38,181 bases of DNA from UHGV virus genome UHGV-0208715; one strand, 5' to 3'. The notes beneath the pieces were generated by a model. It was not told the origin of the DNA. It searched no databases and saw only the letters and a list, made by a program, of their open reading frames with translations. This document shows positions 1 through 9,105 of this stretch, piece by piece; positions within the stretch are counted from its first letter, which is position 1, and the number at the start of each line of letters is the position of its first letter. The stretch is from a virus. Made by a program: the position numbers and the translations under genes.

Positions 1-9
1 CTGATAGTT

Positions 10-2838
10 TTGGCAGTTAGATACCCAATTACACTTACCGTAAGCGAACAAAACAATAATATAGGGTTACTAAAAATCAGACAAGCAGATGAAGAAACAC
101 AGACACTAGTTGTGCAAATATTGGAAGATGCAATCCCGAAATCTTATGAAGGACTACAAGTTTTCTTCTGTGCTAGAATTGGACAAACTCCTGGCTTGGG
201 GATTATTGAACAAAAATTGACGGAAGCAGAAATGACAGATCCCAAAAATGGGAAACTTGAATACACTTTTCGTGCAGAAGATTGGCAGGTATTAGGAAGA
301 CAGAACGGTTATTTTAGCTTTAGAAAGATGAAAGATGATCACACATACGTACAGCAGTTTTCAACTCGGGATTTCACTTATGAAGTAACTCCGAATATCT
401 ATAGTGATGGAATTAAAGAAATAAAAAAAGATGGGTCAACATATGTTTGGACATTCGAGGATTTGCTGCGATTATTTAACGAGTATATTGCCTCTGGTAA
501 GACTAACTGGGAAGATTTCGTAGAACAGAATAAAGAAATCATTGAATCCATAGATCCCGGCGGAACAATTCTATCTAGAATAGGTATTTTTGATTCTTTT
601 CGTGCATTTGATAATGAAGTGATTGCAAAGATGAGAAATGAATTTACGGAGAGAGGAGTTAACCCAAAATGGTTTGGAGCAAAAGGTGATGGAGTGACTG
701 ATGATGGAGCTGCTCTTTTAGCGACACACATCTATGCGAATACAAATCATATTGATGTTTTTTATCCGGAGCTAACTTATTATATTGGACAAGCATCAGA
801 GATACCTATCAAGACAAATGTAGATTTTAATAATTCGACTTTCATAATTGATGATTCATATGAATCAGAAAAATCTGTTTTTTTAGTTCAGAATGATTCC
901 AAAGATATCGTCATAAAAGACGATGACTTATCAATCTTTAAAGGGTTAATCTCTACAAATAGTAAATATCATGAGGAATTTGTTAAATTTGGAAGAGCTT
1001 TTGTGACGGTCGAGGATGAAACGAAACAAATGTATATAAGAGATGGGGCTAATTCAGATTCGGGAATTGTAATGTCAGATTCTTTTATTATTGATGACGG
1101 AAATATCTTATCTAAAATTAATTATGACTATGACGATCCTACCAAAATAACAATTAGAAAATATAATGAAAAAAGGATTGTTATAAAAAATGCTACATTT
1201 ATCTCAAAAAATAATGCATCAACATCGGATTTAACTAAGTATTACCATAGAGGAATCAGTTTTGAAAGAAATAATGTAGATGCGTTCAATATGTCTCATA
1301 AAATTGAAAATAACTCGATAAATAAGCGCCCGAATGTTGGTTTTTTTCAGCATAAGAATTGTGCTGATCAAACTTTTGAAAACATTGAATTAACACCTAG
1401 ATATCCAACAACTTTGACGGGAATTCAACTTGGAACTTATGAAATGGCTACAAATAATGTTTGTTCAATTTCCTATAAAAATGTGAAAGGGCAAGATTTT
1501 ACTGGAACCTATTGGGGGGCGCATGGTGGAAATAGGATGAAAGACGTACTATTTGATAATTGTAAAATCAATCGAATCGATAGTCATACTGGATCAACGA
1601 ACGTTACAATCATTGATTCTGTGATAGGTGTCGGCGGTATTTCTTTGATAGGATATGGGAATTTACTAGTAAGAAAGACGACCGTAGTAAGCGATGTTTT
1701 TATGAAATTTAGATCTGATTATGGGGCTAGTTGGAAAGGTAACATCTATATTGATGATTGCGAGTTGGATGCAAGATATGCAAAAAGCGATGTAACTAAA
1801 TTATCAGTAATACGGGTTAGCGCAAATACATCTCATAATTTTGGATATCCACTCTATCTGGGAGAAGATTTAGTAAAAATCAAAGACTTCAAAATTAATG
1901 ATGGCGAACTTTCAGTTTTAACAAACTTAATTGATTATAACTTGACCTCTAGTGGTACATCCTTAGGTCACAAAATTGCAAAGGTTGTCGACATAGATAC
2001 GATATTCACAGCAAGTGGTAAAGGAGTAAGGGTATTCGGAACTGGTAATTTTCAATATGTTAAAGGTCAAACGCCAGGAGAATTCGAAAGGTTAGGGTCC
2101 GATTTATTTGTGAGCGACTTACGAATTGTACCCAATACCATAGTTAAAGTCGCACATGTAAATCTAGATATTGAAAAAACACCCAACGTGACAAGATTAT
2201 TGCTAGATAGCAGCTTCTTTGATCGCAATTTTGCAGGTTCAATTAACGAAGAATTAGATATTTTAGAAAGCGAGAATGGCTTAATACCTAGCTTTATTTT
2301 GTCAAATTGTGCAAATGTTGCTGCAACGTTAGCAGACTATGCTTGTACTTTAGAGATGAATAATTGTGATATTATTTCTATGCATAATGCCGTTGGTGGA
2401 AGCCGATCGATTGCTACCTTTGTCAATTGCAGATTCATACCTAGAGTTACCGATGAAAATAAGACTGATTTGTTGTTCCGGCCAGGAGGTAAAGCCTATG
2501 ATTTTATAAATTGTGTTTTTTACAATCCGACCAATCGTCCTTCTGGAATAGACATCACTAAAATTTATAATATGCTATTCAATAACGTAGCAGGTAATAG
2601 AATTATTCCCAAGGGGAATTATACAAATTGCAGGCTCGCAGATAACTTCAGTGGCCAAAATATAAACATTGGAATAATCAGAATGCTAAACGGAGCTCAT
2701 GATACTGTATATCATGAAAAGTCTGGCCCAACTACCCAACGTCCATCAACAGGGAATCCAGGTAGTGTTTATTATGATACGACAGTAAATAAGATTATGA
2801 TTTTCGACAATTCGATAGGATGGAGACAATCCACATAA
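10..2838 (+). CDS. Tail fibre / receptor-binding protein with pectate-lyase-like right-handed beta-helix (depolymerase-type), TTG start
   Basis: 942 aa. Motif GAKGDGVTDDGAALL followed by many N/G/T-rich beta-helix repeats. Position immediately after Tal (wrap-around). RBS lies at the window end. Confidence 0.7.
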   Translation: MAVRYPITLTVSEQNNNIGLLKIRQADEETQTLVVQILEDAIPKSYEGLQVFFCARIGQTPGLGIIEQKLTEAEMTDPKNGKLEYTFRAEDWQVLGRQNGYFSFRKMKDDHTYVQQFSTRDFTYEVTPNIYSDGIKEIKKDGSTYVWTFEDLLRLFNEYIASGKTNWEDFVEQNKEIIESIDPGGTILSRIGIFDSFRAFDNEVIAKMRNEFTERGVNPKWFGAKGDGVTDDGAALLATHIYANTNHIDVFYPELTYYIGQASEIPIKTNVDFNNSTFIIDDSYESEKSVFLVQNDSKDIVIKDDDLSIFKGLISTNSKYHEEFVKFGRAFVTVEDETKQMYIRDGANSDSGIVMSDSFIIDDGNILSKINYDYDDPTKITIRKYNEKRIVIKNATFISKNNASTSDLTKYYHRGISFERNNVDAFNMSHKIENNSINKRPNVGFFQHKNCADQTFENIELTPRYPTTLTGIQLGTYEMATNNVCSISYKNVKGQDFTGTYWGAHGGNRMKDVLFDNCKINRIDSHTGSTNVTIIDSVIGVGGISLIGYGNLLVRKTTVVSDVFMKFRSDYGASWKGNIYIDDCELDARYAKSDVTKLSVIRVSANTSHNFGYPLYLGEDLVKIKDFKINDGELSVLTNLIDYNLTSSGTSLGHKIAKVVDIDTIFTASGKGVRVFGTGNFQYVKGQTPGEFERLGSDLFVSDLRIVPNTIVKVAHVNLDIEKTPNVTRLLLDSSFFDRNFAGSINEELDILESENGLIPSFILSNCANVAATLADYACTLEMNNCDIISMHNAVGGSRSIATFVNCRFIPRVTDENKTDLLFRPGGKAYDFINCVFYNPTNRPSGIDITKIYNMLFNNVAGNRIIPKGNYTNCRLADNFSGQNINIGIIRMLNGAHDTVYHEKSGPTTQRPSTGNPGSVYYDTTVNKIMIFDNSIGWRQST

Positions 2839-2852
2839 AAATTCAATTTATA

Positions 2853-2883
2853 CAATCGGGGAAAACCCGATTGTTTTTTTATT
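2853..2883 (+). terminator. Rho-independent terminator after the tail fibre gene
   Basis: Stem CAATCGGG / CCCGATTG with GAAAA loop, followed by a T7 run. Confidence 0.7.
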
Positions 2884-2902
2884 ATAAGAAAGTTGGTGGG
2901 AT

Positions 2903-3334
2903 ATGTGGGAATTAATTAGATATACACTCGGATATATTAACAAACGAAGTACTTCTTTTGCTTTCTCTCTAGGTTCGATCGCCTATGGCTTCTACCACTT
3001 TTTCAATTCAAACATTCTTTCATATTCAAACGCATATGCGGCTATCAATAATATCTTCGGATTTATTGGTGGTCGTTATTTTGGTTTAATGTTTATCATT
3101 ATCGGGGCTCTGAAAGTGTTTGGATTGATAATTGATAATGTATATCTCAAACTCCCTCTGTACTTCGTATTGCTGTTTCTGTGGCTTCTATTAGGCTCTT
3201 GTTTCTTGGTCACTTTCATAGATGGCAGCACTAATCCATCTTGGATTTATTGCTTCACAATAGCGCTAATGAGTACAAATATCCTGAAGGTAAATCAGCA
3301 GGAAATAATTATAAAGGATGAAGCAGATGGATAG
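2903..3334 (+). CDS. Multi-pass membrane protein (about 4 predicted TM helices), unknown function; possible holin-like or accessory lysis protein
   Basis: Highly hydrophobic 143 aa with four long hydrophobic segments. Sits between the tail fibre and the lysis cassette. Confidence 0.35.
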   Translation: MWELIRYTLGYINKRSTSFAFSLGSIAYGFYHFFNSNILSYSNAYAAINNIFGFIGGRYFGLMFIIIGALKVFGLIIDNVYLKLPLYFVLLFLWLLLGSCFLVTFIDGSTNPSWIYCFTIALMSTNILKVNQQEIIIKDEADG

Positions 3335-3734
3335 ATTTTGGACCAGCGGATTTCCGCAAATCATGACAATTATCGGCGTTTTTCTTTCGGCGGTATACGG
3401 TCCGAAATTAGTGGCTAAAGTGCAGGGAAAGAACAAGGTTGAAGAAGTGAAGACAGAAGGGGATAACAACGCAGAAGCTTTGTATATCCAAAACATGGGG
3501 AACATTATCGAAGGCTATCGGTTGCAAGTAAAAGAGTTTAAAGATGAACTAGCAGCGGTTAGATCAGAATTCCGAGAGTTTAAGGAAGAACACGAGAAGC
3601 AAGTGACGGCGTACAAGGAACAAATTGGGTTTCTTGAGTTGCAAGTTGAAGAACGAGACGAAAGAATCCAAGAACTTGAAGGTGAAAACGAAACATTGAA
3701 GAATGAGAACACTATTTTGAAAGGTGGAGTTTAA
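3318..3734 (+). CDS. N-terminally membrane-anchored coiled-coil protein, unknown function
   Basis: One N-terminal hydrophobic helix, then heptad-rich E/K/L sequence (ELAAVRSEFREFKEEHEK...). Confidence 0.4.
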   Translation: MKQMDRFWTSGFPQIMTIIGVFLSAVYGPKLVAKVQGKNKVEEVKTEGDNNAEALYIQNMGNIIEGYRLQVKEFKDELAAVRSEFREFKEEHEKQVTAYKEQIGFLELQVEERDERIQELEGENETLKNENTILKGGV

Positions 3735-4070
3735 ATGGAAGCTTTACAAGATGCTTTAGTAAATCTATTGATTGTTGTGATTGGATTGGTAGCAGCATTT
3801 ATTGGGCAAAAAGGATCTGAATACTTGAAGAAAAAAGGGGTATTGGCTCAGTTGGAAAGCAAGAAGAACTATGTAGCGATCGTTGTATCAGCAGTTCAGC
3901 AAGTTTACGCAGAAGCAAATGGAGATGCTAAGTTGCAAGAAGCCAAGGCTCAGTTAGTAGACTTGTTTAACAAGAACGGCATCAAGTTCACTGAAGACGA
4001 GTTGAATTTGTTGATCGAATCTGCGGTAAAAGGGATGAAAGATGGCGTGAACCAAGGAGTAGCTGAATAA
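3735..4070 (+). CDS. Holin (LL-H-like family candidate)
   Basis: 111 aa. N-terminal TM (LVNLLIVVIGLVAAFIG) then a charged helical tail. Position two genes upstream of the endolysin. Confidence 0.5.
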   Translation: MEALQDALVNLLIVVIGLVAAFIGQKGSEYLKKKGVLAQLESKKNYVAIVVSAVQQVYAEANGDAKLQEAKAQLVDLFNKNGIKFTEDELNLLIESAVKGMKDGVNQGVAE

Positions 4071-4107
4071 GCTGCTCTTTTTTAATACAAAAATTGGAGG
4101 GATAAAC

Positions 4108-4359
4108 ATGAGGAACAAAGCAAAATTTATCGAAGACTTTGAAGCAGTGGCAAAACCAGAAATCATCGAGGCTGTGGATCCAGTGCAAGATGCAGCTCAC
4201 ACAATGAATCAATTAGGCGAATCAGAATATCATTTGACAGGCAATTTCACGAAAGACGGTCAAGACAAGACTTTCAAGTTTGAAGTAAAAAAACGTGAAA
4301 AAACGGATGATCCAACAGATGAAATCGAAGACTACTTTTACATCGGGAGAGGTGAATAA
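4108..4359 (+). CDS. Small hypothetical protein
   Basis: 83-aa ORF with a GGAGGG RBS, between the holin and the endolysin. Confidence 0.4.
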   Translation: MRNKAKFIEDFEAVAKPEIIEAVDPVQDAAHTMNQLGESEYHLTGNFTKDGQDKTFKFEVKKREKTDDPTDEIEDYFYIGRGE

Positions 4360-4361
4360 CC

Positions 4362-5330
4362 ATGGTCAAATATAATAACTCAACCTCTCATAGAGGACAT
4401 AACGTGATCGTTCCTGGTGCAAGTGGATGCGGCTTGAAAGAGCACGAAGTAGCACAAAAGATCCATGACAAGTTTCGTGCAGTAACCAAAGCGGTAGATG
4501 CTACGGATAATGTGGGACGTACAGCCAATGATAACTTGTACAACATCGTCAAAAAAATGAATGCTGTTGGCAAGTCTTTCCACGTCAGTCACCATTTGAA
4601 TGCCTTTAACGGTACTGCAAATGGGTTTGAAGTCTGGTATTACGCTGGTAATGCTCAAGCGAAAAAATTAGCAGAAGAAATTTGTACAGCTGTTTGTAAA
4701 GTGACAGGATGGGTTAACCGTGGGGCTAAGGCTACTACATCCTTATATGTCATTCGAGCTTCAACAGGCTCGGCAATTTTAATCGAATGGGGATTTGTAG
4801 ATAGTCAAAAAGATATGGATATCATGTCCAAGAAAATGGATGCAGCAGTTAATGCGGCGCTAGCTGTGTTCGGATATTCTGCAAATTCATCTAGCACCAA
4901 CAATACATCCACAAGCAAGCCAGCTGCTCCAACAAGTTTTAAAGTAGGAGACAAGGTGAAAATCACTGATGCGCTATACAAGGATAGTGCTGGTGCTGGT
5001 CGGTCGACTGCTAGTCGCGGTAAAACTGGCACAATCAAGCGAGTTGTGAGTGGCAACAAACCATATTTGATCGATAGCCTTGGTTGGGCGCACAAGAACG
5101 ATATTCAAATGGCTACAAATACAGCTACTACAGCTGCTAAAAAAGTAGGCGATACTGTGACGGTGCAAAATCACGCCACTAAATATCAAACCGGCCAAAA
5201 TATCCCATCTTGGGTTAAAGGCAAGAAATATAAGATTAAACAGATTAAATCTGTTAATCAATCTAAATCTAAAAAAGCATACTTATTGGACGGAATCAAT
5301 TCTTGGTTCTTGGAGCAAGATGTTAAGTAG
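4362..5330 (+). CDS. Endolysin: N-acetylmuramoyl-L-alanine amidase (Amidase_3-type) with two C-terminal SH3-like cell-wall-binding repeats
   Basis: Catalytic-domain motifs SHHLNAF...GFEVWYY...LYVIRAS...AILIEWGFVDSQKD. Two about 55-aa repeats beginning KVGD(K/T)V. Last gene before the int-proximal attachment region. Confidence 0.8.
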   Translation: MVKYNNSTSHRGHNVIVPGASGCGLKEHEVAQKIHDKFRAVTKAVDATDNVGRTANDNLYNIVKKMNAVGKSFHVSHHLNAFNGTANGFEVWYYAGNAQAKKLAEEICTAVCKVTGWVNRGAKATTSLYVIRASTGSAILIEWGFVDSQKDMDIMSKKMDAAVNAALAVFGYSANSSSTNNTSTSKPAAPTSFKVGDKVKITDALYKDSAGAGRSTASRGKTGTIKRVVSGNKPYLIDSLGWAHKNDIQMATNTATTAAKKVGDTVTVQNHATKYQTGQNIPSWVKGKKYKIKQIKSVNQSKSKKAYLLDGINSWFLEQDVK

Positions 5331-5366
5331 CATTGAACAACAACAAGCTTCCGTGGTAAACAAACA

Positions 5367-5413
5367 CCCCTTACTCGATTGAGTAGGGGCTTATTTATGT
5401 GCCCAAATAAGCA
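5367..5413. terminator. Bidirectional terminator-like hairpins between convergent endolysin and integrase genes; the second hairpin is a perfect 8-8-8 inverted repeat (attP core candidate)
   Basis: CCCCTTACTC..GAGTAGGGG hairpin, then GCTTATTT-atgtgccc-AAATAAGC perfect inverted repeat (5390-5413). Confidence 0.45.
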
Positions 5414-5430
5414 AATATGCAAGTGATTGC

Positions 5431-6831
5431 TTAAATGGTCACATAAAAGTATATAGTAATTTCATCGTCAACAACCTCGATCTTTTCAATAATATTTTCT
5501 ATCAATCTCCGTCTGGTAGAAAAATCCATTTCTTCAAATCTATCAACTAACTCTTCTAATGATTTTTCAAACTCTTCTTTATCTTTTTTGCTCACCGTCT
5601 GATTCAACTGTAATTCTAATTTTTCTATTTTCTCTTTAAGCTCATCGGTTTTATTATCTAAGATATTTGTGGATATTTTATCTGATAGATACAAATCTAA
5701 TAACTTTGATTGCTGAGCGTTAAGTCGGGCGATTTCTCTTATGATAGGTTTATTATCTACTTCGTTATTCTCTTCTTTTAAAGCAAACTTAGAATTTTCT
5801 GCTCTTTTTTTTATTTCACTCATAATCGCTGCGTCCAAAAAATCGCAACGATAAGATTTACCTGAACAGGTCCAACCGTATTTTTGCTTATGCTTGTAAG
5901 TCCTGCACGAGCAACGATAATACTTATGTTTATATTTTTTTCCGTTAGCGGTTCTAACGCTCTCATATCCATTGTAAGGCTTTCCGCACTTGTGGCATAT
6001 AATTAGTCCTGAAAATAAATAACTGTGGTTAAACGCATTGCTGTGAGGTCTATTGCTGATTAAACGCTGGACTTTGTTGAAATCTTTTGTAGAAACGATT
6101 GGTTCGTGTTTAGCATCGTATACTTTGTTTTGATATTTCTGTTTTCCGCAATAGTAATGAGATTGAAGCCTTCTTCTGACGGTAGAGTCCATGAAACTAT
6201 CTTCAAAAACGGGGAATTCTTTTTTTAATACAGAAACAATCTTATTTATCGCTTGACCGCTTAAAAAAAGTTCAAACATTCGTTTAACAGCTAATGCTTG
6301 TGTTTCTTGAATTTCTAATTCGCCTGTAATTAGATTGTACTCATATCCGAATGGAACATTACCGCCACCCATGTAGTAGCCGCGTTTCACACGTTCGAGT
6401 TTCCCCATTGACATGCGTTCTGTAATGTTATCACGCTCCAATTGGGCGAAAACTGAAAGAATTCCGATCATTGCACGACCGAAAGAGGTGGTAGTATCAA
6501 AACTTTCTTGCATGCTGATGAAGTCAACGTTGTTTTTTAGAAATACATCCTCAATCAAATACATAGTGTTCTTTTGACTACGTGATAGACGGTCAAGTTT
6601 ATATACTATGACAACGTCTAATTTATTGTTTTCAATATCATCGATCATTTCATTAAGCGCTGGTCGTTCAAGCTTAGCACCAGAAAAGGCTGCATCTGTA
6701 TAGGTTTTGAACACTTTATAATCTTTTGCTAATGCGTAAGCGTTGAGTTTTTCTGTTTGTGCTTCGATCGAGTATCCTTCTTTTTCTTGTTGCGGAGTGG
6801 AAACTCGAATATATAAGCCCGCTTTTTTCAT
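5431..6831 (-). CDS. int: Large serine recombinase (integrase)
   Basis: N-terminal resolvase domain (LYIRVSTPQQ...GYSIEAQ, the serine nucleophile region), recombinase domain, Cys-rich zinc ribbon (CHKCGKPY...CSCRTY), C-terminal coiled coil. Likely start is the ATG at 6831 with a GGGAG RBS. Confidence 0.9.
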   Translation of the reverse strand: MKKAGLYIRVSTPQQEKEGYSIEAQTEKLNAYALAKDYKVFKTYTDAAFSGAKLERPALNEMIDDIENNKLDVVIVYKLDRLSRSQKNTMYLIEDVFLKNNVDFISMQESFDTTTSFGRAMIGILSVFAQLERDNITERMSMGKLERVKRGYYMGGGNVPFGYEYNLITGELEIQETQALAVKRMFELFLSGQAINKIVSVLKKEFPVFEDSFMDSTVRRRLQSHYYCGKQKYQNKVYDAKHEPIVSTKDFNKVQRLISNRPHSNAFNHSYLFSGLIICHKCGKPYNGYESVRTANGKKYKHKYYRCSCRTYKHKQKYGWTCSGKSYRCDFLDAAIMSEIKKRAENSKFALKEENNEVDNKPIIREIARLNAQQSKLLDLYLSDKISTNILDNKTDELKEKIEKLELQLNQTVSKKDKEEFEKSLEELVDRFEEMDFSTRRRLIENIIEKIEVVDDEITIYFYVTI

Positions 6832-6925
6832 TGTATCAACTCCCATTTATTGTTAAAATAGGCATAGGGAATAAACCTATCGTTTATTGCTTGGCACGCC
6901 AGTCTGTGAGGGGAGGGCGTGTTTT

Positions 6926-7369
6926 TTATTTATCACTTTCTAATGGTGTATCAATTGTATTTGATTCATCCATAGGAGTTTGAAAGTAGATGACAGAATA
7001 ATCACTGGCATTTTTTAATGAGTAAAGCATCGTGAATTCATATTTTTTATCTTGATACGTGAAATTCCCGATTGTGTTATAAAGATTTTTGTATTCTTCG
7101 CCAGTTTCGGCATTTTTATCATCTGGCATTTTATAAACTTTAAAAGAGTCATCGGTAAAATTAACCTTAAAATTGTCTATTTTATATCGTTCTTCCAAGA
7201 CCTTTTCAACGATGACTGAGGCAGTTGCCTTATCATCGTCATTTGTTTCTTTTACTGTCGAATTTGTTTCACTGTAATCTTTAGACTCTTTTGTACTGTC
7301 CGAGCTTCCGCAAGCTCCTAAAATAAAAATACTAGTTGCCACCAATAAAGCCAATCCTATTTTTTTCAT
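6926..7369 (-). CDS. Secreted lipoprotein (lipobox LGAC), candidate lysogenic-conversion / superinfection-exclusion protein
   Basis: Signal peptide MKKIGLALLVATSIFILGAC then D/E/K-rich mature part. Located between int and the repressor. Confidence 0.7.
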   Translation of the reverse strand: MKKIGLALLVATSIFILGACGSSDSTKESKDYSETNSTVKETNDDDKATASVIVEKVLEERYKIDNFKVNFTDDSFKVYKMPDDKNAETGEEYKNLYNTIGNFTYQDKKYEFTMLYSLKNASDYSVIYFQTPMDESNTIDTPLESDK

Positions 7370-7461
7370 TTCTTTCCCTCATTTCGTTTGATATAATTAA
7401 TATACGATATTCTCATAAATGAGTAACCCTAGCCGCAGCGCCAACTACGACTGGGGTATTT

Positions 7462-8178
7462 TTATATAATCACACGACCGATAAACTTAATATCGGAATC
7501 TTCAAACTTAAACAGCAAATCTATATAATCTTTGTTAAGGGAAACTAATCTAAGCGTTTTTGTTTCTTCGTATACATAGACTTTCTTAATATAAGCTTCA
7601 CCATCTACCTCCACCACATAAATTCTACCATTTTGAATAGTATCTATGCCTTGCTTAAATTCGTCCACATACACGATATCACCAGTATCAAATAATGGCT
7701 TCATAGAATCTCCAACTATTTTAAATATCCAATCATGTTCTGGCGCATCTGCTGGAACTTCTACTATATCTTTGTCTGCTTCATAGTAGTTTAGAATACC
7801 AGTACCAGCTGATAAGTAAGCTTGCACCTCTTCATGGTTATTTTGAACAGGGAATTGAACCACTTTACTATTTTGTTCTTCAAGTTGCTGTTCAGCGAAG
7901 TTGTAGACTTTTGTTTGTCTTGGTTTTTCTAATTGATTGTAGATTGTTTCAATAGAAGGAACATTATCGTCTTCCCAACCCATTAAAAAAGCTGGGGTCG
8001 TTTTCAAAATTTCTGCAATATCACCAAGAATATTAGTAGGCAATTTTTCGATATCACCTTTTTCATATCTAAAGATAGTAGATCTAGAAACTCCAAGCTT
8101 TTCCGCAACGACATCAGCGCTTAATTTTAATTCCTTTCGCCTTAGTTTTATTCTCTCACCTATATCCATTTCTTTCAC
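7462..8178 (-). CDS. cI: CI-like repressor: N-terminal XRE-family HTH plus C-terminal S24 (LexA-like) autopeptidase
   Basis: HTH LSADVVAEKLGVSRSTIFRYEKG. S24 motifs GDSMKP (Ser) and AYIKK (Lys). Divergent from cro. Confidence 0.85.
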   Translation of the reverse strand: MKEMDIGERIKLRRKELKLSADVVAEKLGVSRSTIFRYEKGDIEKLPTNILGDIAEILKTTPAFLMGWEDDNVPSIETIYNQLEKPRQTKVYNFAEQQLEEQNSKVVQFPVQNNHEEVQAYLSAGTGILNYYEADKDIVEVPADAPEHDWIFKIVGDSMKPLFDTGDIVYVDEFKQGIDTIQNGRIYVVEVDGEAYIKKVYVYEETKTLRLVSLNKDYIDLLFKFEDSDIKFIGRVII

Positions 8179-8202
8179 CTCTTGAATATATTATAAATCA
8201 CA

Positions 8203-8306
8203 TGTTGCAAAAACGCAACAAATTAAAATCGCAATAATGCAACTTTCGTATTGACTAATATATTTTCGGGTGGTATATTTGGTTCAACAAGTCGCGATAA
8301 TGCGAC
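8203..8306. promoter_or_regulatory. Genetic-switch region with three related operator palindromes (TGTTGCaaaaacGCAACA 8203-8220, TCGCaataatGCAAC 8229-8243, GTCGCgataatGCGAC 8291-8306) and a near-consensus sigma-A promoter for cro (TTGACT-17-TGgTATATT, 8251-8279)
   Basis: Perfect and imperfect inverted repeats with a GCAAC/GCGAC half-site between divergent repressor and cro genes. A TATAAT on the minus strand (8190-8195) suits the repressor promoter. Confidence 0.6.
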
Positions 8307-8326
8307 AAAAGAAAGGAGTGAGGTTC

Positions 8327-8569
8327 ATGATCAACACAAACAAGTTAAAAGGTCTAATCGTAGAACGGGGCACTACTCAACAAGCAGTAGCAGATTCAAT
8401 CGGAATCGATCGAAGTACTTTTTATCGAAAAATGAAAAAAGGTGGAGATTTCTCGATTGAAGAAGCAAAAAAAATGAAGCAAGAAATCCCACTAACTGAT
8501 CAAGAAGCAATCGAAATTTTTTTTGGAGGAAAAGTCGCATTTACGCTACAGAACAAACAAACAACATAA
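8327..8569 (+). CDS. cro: Cro-like XRE-family HTH regulator (the ORF-track start at 8270 is likely too early; the ATG at 8327 has an AAGGAG RBS)
   Basis: HTH TQQAVADSIGIDRSTFYRKMKKG. Divergent from cI. Confidence 0.75.
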   Translation: MINTNKLKGLIVERGTTQQAVADSIGIDRSTFYRKMKKGGDFSIEEAKKMKQEIPLTDQEAIEIFFGGKVAFTLQNKQTT

Positions 8570-8587
8570 GAAGGAGGAGGCTTCCTA

Positions 8588-8734
8588 GTGACAACAACAA
8601 TACACCCCAACGGAATCAAAGTCCACTGTGTCTGGCAAGATGGCACTCACATGAAAGAAGGGGAAAAGATTCCTTTGGAAGTTCAGAAAAAAGCTGTTCA
8701 ATCAGCTTTGAAGATGATGAAGGAGGAGAAATAA
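8588..8734 (+). CDS. Small hypothetical protein (48 aa, GTG start)
   Basis: AAGGAGGAGG RBS 7 nt upstream of the GTG. Abuts the next gene's start. The overlapping minus-strand ORF 8616-8834 is judged spurious. Confidence 0.35.
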   Translation: MTTTIHPNGIKVHCVWQDGTHMKEGEKIPLEVQKKAVQSALKMMKEEK

Positions 8735-9105
8735 TGGAACACGAAAACGTAAAAGACGCTTTGAAAGCTGCAATCGAAATCGCAGAAGCAAAGGGAATAA
8801 AAGTTGATGGCAAACCAGCGACGGCAGAAGACATCCAAGAAATGGTTCGAGAGTTGCTTTATAACGTTGCGAATTTACTCGGCATGTCAGAAGTGTATCT
8901 GGGTAAATATCCTATGCCATACACACTTGAACAAGAGTTGTTGATTTATTACCTAGCCAAAAAAAATGTCCGTGCTCTCCATGACGAACTCAACGACAAG
9001 AAAATCAAGTTGAGTGATCGACAGCGTGACCTATTACTGCGTGAATTGCAAAGGTACCAGGAACTGCTTTACACGAACCGATTAAATCGGCAGATAAACA
9101 TATAA
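8734..9105 (+). CDS. Hypothetical early protein
   Basis: 123-aa ORF with a GGAGGAG RBS. Confidence 0.45.
   Translation: MEHENVKDALKAAIEIAEAKGIKVDGKPATAEDIQEMVRELLYNVANLLGMSEVYLGKYPMPYTLEQELLIYYLAKKNVRALHDELNDKKIKLSDRQRDLLLRELQRYQELLYTNRLNRQINI

Noticed and set aside
399-731. Minus-strand ORFs antisense to large + strand genes (399-731, 3266-3505, 4380-4658, 15513-15737, 16423-16755, 25757-26399, 30821-31420, 33966-34352 and others)
   Set aside because: They lie fully inside well-supported + strand genes, have no RBS and show no motifs. They are artefacts of stop-codon-poor antisense frames.
4057-4083. Terminator-like imperfect hairpin spanning the holin stop, followed by TTTTTT
   Set aside because: The stem has a mismatch and a 7-nt loop. 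It lies between the holin and lysis genes, which are expected to be co-transcribed. It is at best a weak attenuator.
1-5330. Interpretation as the 3' end of a separate upstream prophage (tandem prophages)
   Set aside because: The RBS at the window end matches the start at position 10, and the wrapped gene order gives a single complete phage. There is no duplicate set of structural genes.
7400-7461. Hairpin CCCTAGCCGCAGCGCC...CGACTGGGG downstream of the repressor gene
   Set aside because: The pairing is imperfect and no U-tract follows on the minus strand. It is more likely part of the lipoprotein promoter region.
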